A DNA stretch of 64,000 nt, taken from Octopus sinensis. Lineage: Eukaryota. This document shows, piece by piece, positions 62,440-64,000 of this stretch; position 1 is the first letter of the stretch; each line of letters begins with the position of its first letter. The translations under genes and the position numbers were made by a program. The stretch lies in NCBI RefSeq assembly GCF_006345805.1, contig NC_043000.1:152644001-152708000 (forward strand), read 5' to 3'. The notes beneath the pieces are model-generated. The model saw only the letters and a program-made list of their open reading frames with translations. It had not been told where the DNA came from and did no database searches.

Positions 62440-62829
62440 TCTATATATATAAAAGAAACGTTGTGTGGTGTCTGTCTCCTACGATTTAGATTCCTAACTA
62501 CTCCCACATTTTGCGGTGCAGTTTAACCAAAACCGGGTATTTTATAGTCGTGATTCATATCGAGCCCTTCTGGGTATTAACGTGCGTCTACGATTTAAAA
62601 AGAAATTACCATCATTTTTTTCCATTCTTAATGCATTTTTTGCTATTATATAAGGGAAGTAACTCTCTAAAAATGTCTACGATGAGTCTACGATTTAAAA
62701 AGAAAATTACCATCATTTTTTTCCATTTTTAATGCATTTTTTCCTATTATATAAGGGAAGTAACTCTCTAAAAATGCTTATATAGTTATTTCCCTTACAA
62801 ACCCGAGCAACGCCGGGCGATAATGCTAG
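62440..62829 (+). mobile_element. Non-autonomous Helitron with an internal duplication of about 100 bp
   Basis: TC start, cccgagcaacgccggg hairpin, CTAG end. Confidence 0.8.
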
Positions 62830-62999
62830 TTTTATATAGTAACCCCGATCAGTGACTGTGCGAAGTAACGCACACACACACACACACACACTTGAAAGTG
62901 TTTATACAGCAATTTTTTCAAGGCATATTCTAGTCATACATACTCTGTAGATGGGCAACGAACGAAATACTGCATCTGCTCCTTTTTCTCCTCGTATTA

Positions 63000-63535
63000 A
63001 TGTCTTCAAATGATGCTTGTATGCCTTGATGAAAGACAACAATAAAACTAAATCAAAAGTAAGAAAAACGATATCCTCAATAAACAAAACTGAATCCTTT
63101 ATTATTAGAACGACTGATAAACTATTTATTGAACAATTGAAAGTTTGGAGAAATATAGACCTGTCCGAGGAAGAAGGGCTAAAAAGAAATTCTTTTGTCT
63201 TATCTATTTAAGTAACTTTTCGATTGATTTTCTTTTTACCAGACATCGTATATGTTTAGGGATCAAATGGAAATGAAGAGATTAGGTCCATGGACCCAGT
63301 GGTCCTCACTAATATATTTAACTGTATGTTGCTGGCCGGGAAAGTTCCCGATATCCTGAAGGTGGGAAGATCCGTACTGATTCCGAAAGGGACGGATGAT
63401 CTCACGAACATCTTTAACTGACGGTCGCTCACGATACGTTTCGCTGCGTATCGACTTTTTTCGAAGCTGCTAGCCAAGAGAAGGGTTCAGGTAACTCCCC
63501 TGAATCCTGTTCAACGAGGATTCATTAAGGATTCA
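63000..63535 (+). mobile_element. R2/NeSL-type non-LTR RT N-terminal fragment
   Basis: PVVLTNIFNCMLLAGKVPDILKVGRSVLIPKG...N*RSLTI...RLFSKLLAKR...LNPVQRGFI. Confidence 0.7.
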
Positions 63536-63784
63536 TTATTAAAGTGAGGAGATTTAGGACTCTACTTACTGGGTGCAAACCGTTTCCTTTACGATCTTCA
63601 CCATTTCAGTTAGTTTAATATTGTTTTAGTTAGCTGGAAGCTTACCGTCACTTCATCGCAGTCACCTAAATATGAGAGGGATGTCCGCTATTTATAGTGC
63701 GATATATACAACTGTTGTGTGGTTTCTGACCTCATGACTCAAGTGTTAGGATTAAGTAAACATGCAATATATTCCATCACTGCA

Positions 63785-64000
63785 AGGCGGCGAGCTGGCA
63801 GAATCGTTAGCACGCCGGGCGAAATACATAGCAGTATTTCGTCTGCCGTTACGTTCTGAGTTCAAATTCCGCCGAGGTCGACTTTGCCTTTCATCCTTTC
63901 GGGGTCGATTAATTAAGTACTAGTTACGCACTGGGGTCGATGTAATCGACTTAATTCCTTTGTCTGTCCTTATTTGTCCCCTCTATGTTTAGCCCCTTGT
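63785..64000 (+). mobile_element. SINE family B (runs off the window end)
   Basis: Homologous to the other family B copies. Confidence 0.88.

Overview
Animal (eukaryotic) genomic DNA: AT-rich and saturated with microsatellites, tRNA-derived SINEs and decayed retroelements. The repeat landscape looks like a coleoid cephalopod, most likely Octopus (my recognition, not a database result). Almost all ORFs in the supplied track are artefacts of microsatellites or SINEs. Reading splice sites by hand gives one complete protein-coding gene on the minus strand: a 13-exon DALRD3 orthologue (CDS 57248 to 24601, 1737 nt, about 578 aa, all introns GT-AG and phase-consistent). Bases 1-24 kb hold no convincing gene. 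They contain two decayed Penelope-like elements (Naiad-like at about 70-3390; RT plus GIY-YIG at about 14220-15670), R4/Dong-like and mariner fragments, and several hammerhead ribozyme motifs. The most notable feature is a roughly 350-bp repeat carrying a minimal type I hammerhead with a palindromic stem III. It occurs as a tandem pair 352 nt apart plus an inverted copy, which suggests a retrozyme or PLE pseudo-LTR unit able to give self-cleaved or circular RNA. DALRD3 introns contain several long inverted repeats that are candidate dsRNA/ADAR substrates.
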